NCBI GenBank assembly: GCA_046484135.1
Contig: JAWOBU010000187.1
Span: forward strand, 1 to 25,927
Direction: 5' to 3'
Length of the DNA: 25,927 nucleotides
Source: a bacterium
Lineage (GTDB): Bacteria; RBG-13-61-14; DATKZS01
The position numbers and the translations under genes are program-made. Below are positions 24,512 to 25,927 of the stretch, one piece after another (the first letter of the stretch is position 1; the number at the start of each line of letters is the position of its first letter). The notes below the pieces were generated by a model. It was not told the DNA's origin. It searched no databases and worked only from the letters and a program-made list of their open reading frames with translations.

Positions 24512-25831
24512 ATGTACCTGATCCCCATTGGAACCGATCAGCCCAGAAGCCGCATCCCCAAGGTTACCCTGGCCATCATTATCATCTGCTTCGTGCTGTA
24601 TCCCGCCAGTCACCTCCTGCGCGGCTTCATGGGCCGCGTGCCTTACGATTTCTACAAAAAGTACAAAAGTCTGGAAGCCGAGCTCATGGTGGAATGGCTC
24701 GAGGACCAAGGAGAGCAGAATCCCTTATACGCTTACAATAAGCTGAACTACCGGCCGGAAAAATTAAAAAAGGCCCTCGAGTCCTTCAGAGAAGACATGG
24801 AGGACAAAAAACTTTCTCCCGAGCTCGACCGGAAGTACGAGAAATGGAAGGAACTGCGGGCCGAGCTCCTGAGCTACCGCAAGAAAACCTTTGACTACCG
24901 GCTCGGCTACGTGCCTGACGACATCCGGCTCCACAGCTTTATCACCCACCTCTTTATCCACGGGAGCTTCTGGCACGTTTTCTGGAACATGTACTTCTTC
25001 TGGGTTGTGGGCATCGGCCTGGAAGAGGTCTGGGGCCGCAGGATGTATCTGGGTTTTTTCCTCGTCGGAGGAGTTGCCGCCGCTCTGGGCCACCATCTTT
25101 TTACCGCGTCCCCCTCCATTCCCACTATAGGCGCTTCCGGCGCGGTGTCCGCCATGATGGGCGCTTACCTCATCAGGTTTTACCATGCCCGGCTCCGGTT
25201 CATGTTTTTCAAGTGGGAGTTCTGGCTCCGGGCCTGAATTTTCATCGGCCTGTGGCTCGGGAAGGACGTGTACGAGGCGGTGAGCGGCATCGGAGAAGCG
25301 CAGCACGTGGCGGTGTTCGCCCACTTGGGCGGCTACGCCATGGGTATAATCGGCGCGCTGGGTATAAGCTACAGCGGCATGGAAGAGAAATACATATCCC
25401 ATGATCTGCAAAAGCAGGATGAAAAAGACAAGATAAAAGCTGAAAAGAAGATCGAAAAGAAACAAATGAAAGAACCCCCGCCCCGACTGCCCGAGTTCGA
25501 GCAAGGCATCCAGGCCAGGAAGGAGGGAGACCTGGACGAAGCCCGCCATCTTATCGGAAAGGCAATTGAAGAGCGTCCCCACGACCTGGAAATGAGAGAA
25601 GAGCTTCTCCGAATCGAGCAGAAGCTGGAAAACCACGACGGAGTGGCCCGAGAGATCGGCGGCATCATCGAGCTGTATCTGCAAAAGAACGATCTTGTCA
25701 ATGCGTTCGCCTGGTACAGCCGGTTCCTCCAAAGCACCCCCGACACCAGGGTGGCGGGAAACTGGAACTACCGGATCGCCACCGAGCTTTATAAAAAGGA
25801 ACACCTGGACCATGCGGTGGTCCAGGTCTAA
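24512..25831 (+). pseudogene. Rhomboid intramembrane serine protease with C-terminal TPR region, interrupted by an in-frame TGA at 25235-25237; 3' end probably cut by a chimeric junction
   Basis: IPIG..P.VT N-terminus, HLFIHGSFWHVFWNM, LEE.WG and catalytic GASG. The same frame continues after the stop (RA*IFIGLWL) to AVFAHLGG (catalytic His) and TPR-like helices. Confidence 0.85.
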
Positions 25832-25927
25832 AAGTATCGAGTAAAATGGTGTAATACCGATACCTCCTGCAATAAATACGAATTTCTGATTTGCATCTTC
25901 AATAGTAAATTTGCCTCGGACATTTCT
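25814..25927 (-). pseudogene. Fragment of an FNR-family FAD/NAD(P)-binding oxidoreductase; probably foreign or chimeric sequence
   Basis: Manual translation gives RNVRGKFTIEDANQKFVFIAGGIGITPFYSILLDLDHR, which contains the IAGGIGITPF NAD-binding motif; abrupt drop in GC content after about 25828. Confidence 0.75.

Noticed and set aside
25235..25290. Selenocysteine or genome-wide UGA=Trp recoding
   Set aside because: TGA is a true stop in many genes here, including ATGA overlaps at 3819, 9603 and 20429. No clear SECIS-like hairpin follows, and the position is not a Cys site.
24764..25813. 349-aa minus-strand ORF in frame with the FNR fragment, suggesting a full reductase gene
   Set aside because: After LDLDHR the sequence has no FNR features and is simply antisense to the rhomboid gene.

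Overview
Bacterial chromosomal segment whose gene content resembles Deltaproteobacteria/Myxococcota (inferred, not established). From left to right it holds a TPR/HEAT membrane protein, an acyl-CoA dehydrogenase, a minus-strand type II secretion operon gspC-D-E-F-G-H-I-J-K (no gspL/M/N/O in the window), a HAD hydrolase, an NSS-family sodium symporter fused to ankyrin repeats, and a YfgM-like TPR plus BamB-like pair. These are followed by a PilZ / Gfo-Idh-MocA / Sip1-type GH36 operon, a zinc-finger/membrane/TPR protein and a rhomboid-TPR gene interrupted by an in-frame TGA. The clearest non-coding signal is a 28-bp XerC/D dif site at 18761-18788, with KOPS-like GGGNAGGG octamers pointing towards it from both sides, which suggests the window spans the replication terminus. 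A dispersed REP-like palindrome family occupies most of the larger intergenic gaps, and a nested inverted-repeat cassette lies between gspG and gspH. Both ends of the window carry short fragments of unrelated genes (a ferredoxin, an FNR-type reductase) near 10-bp inverted repeats and look like chimeric contig ends. No single novel system is proven. The best candidates are the NSS-ankyrin fusion, the exported Sip1/GH36 enzyme co-transcribed with PilZ, and the zinc-finger-TPR plus rhomboid-TPR pair.
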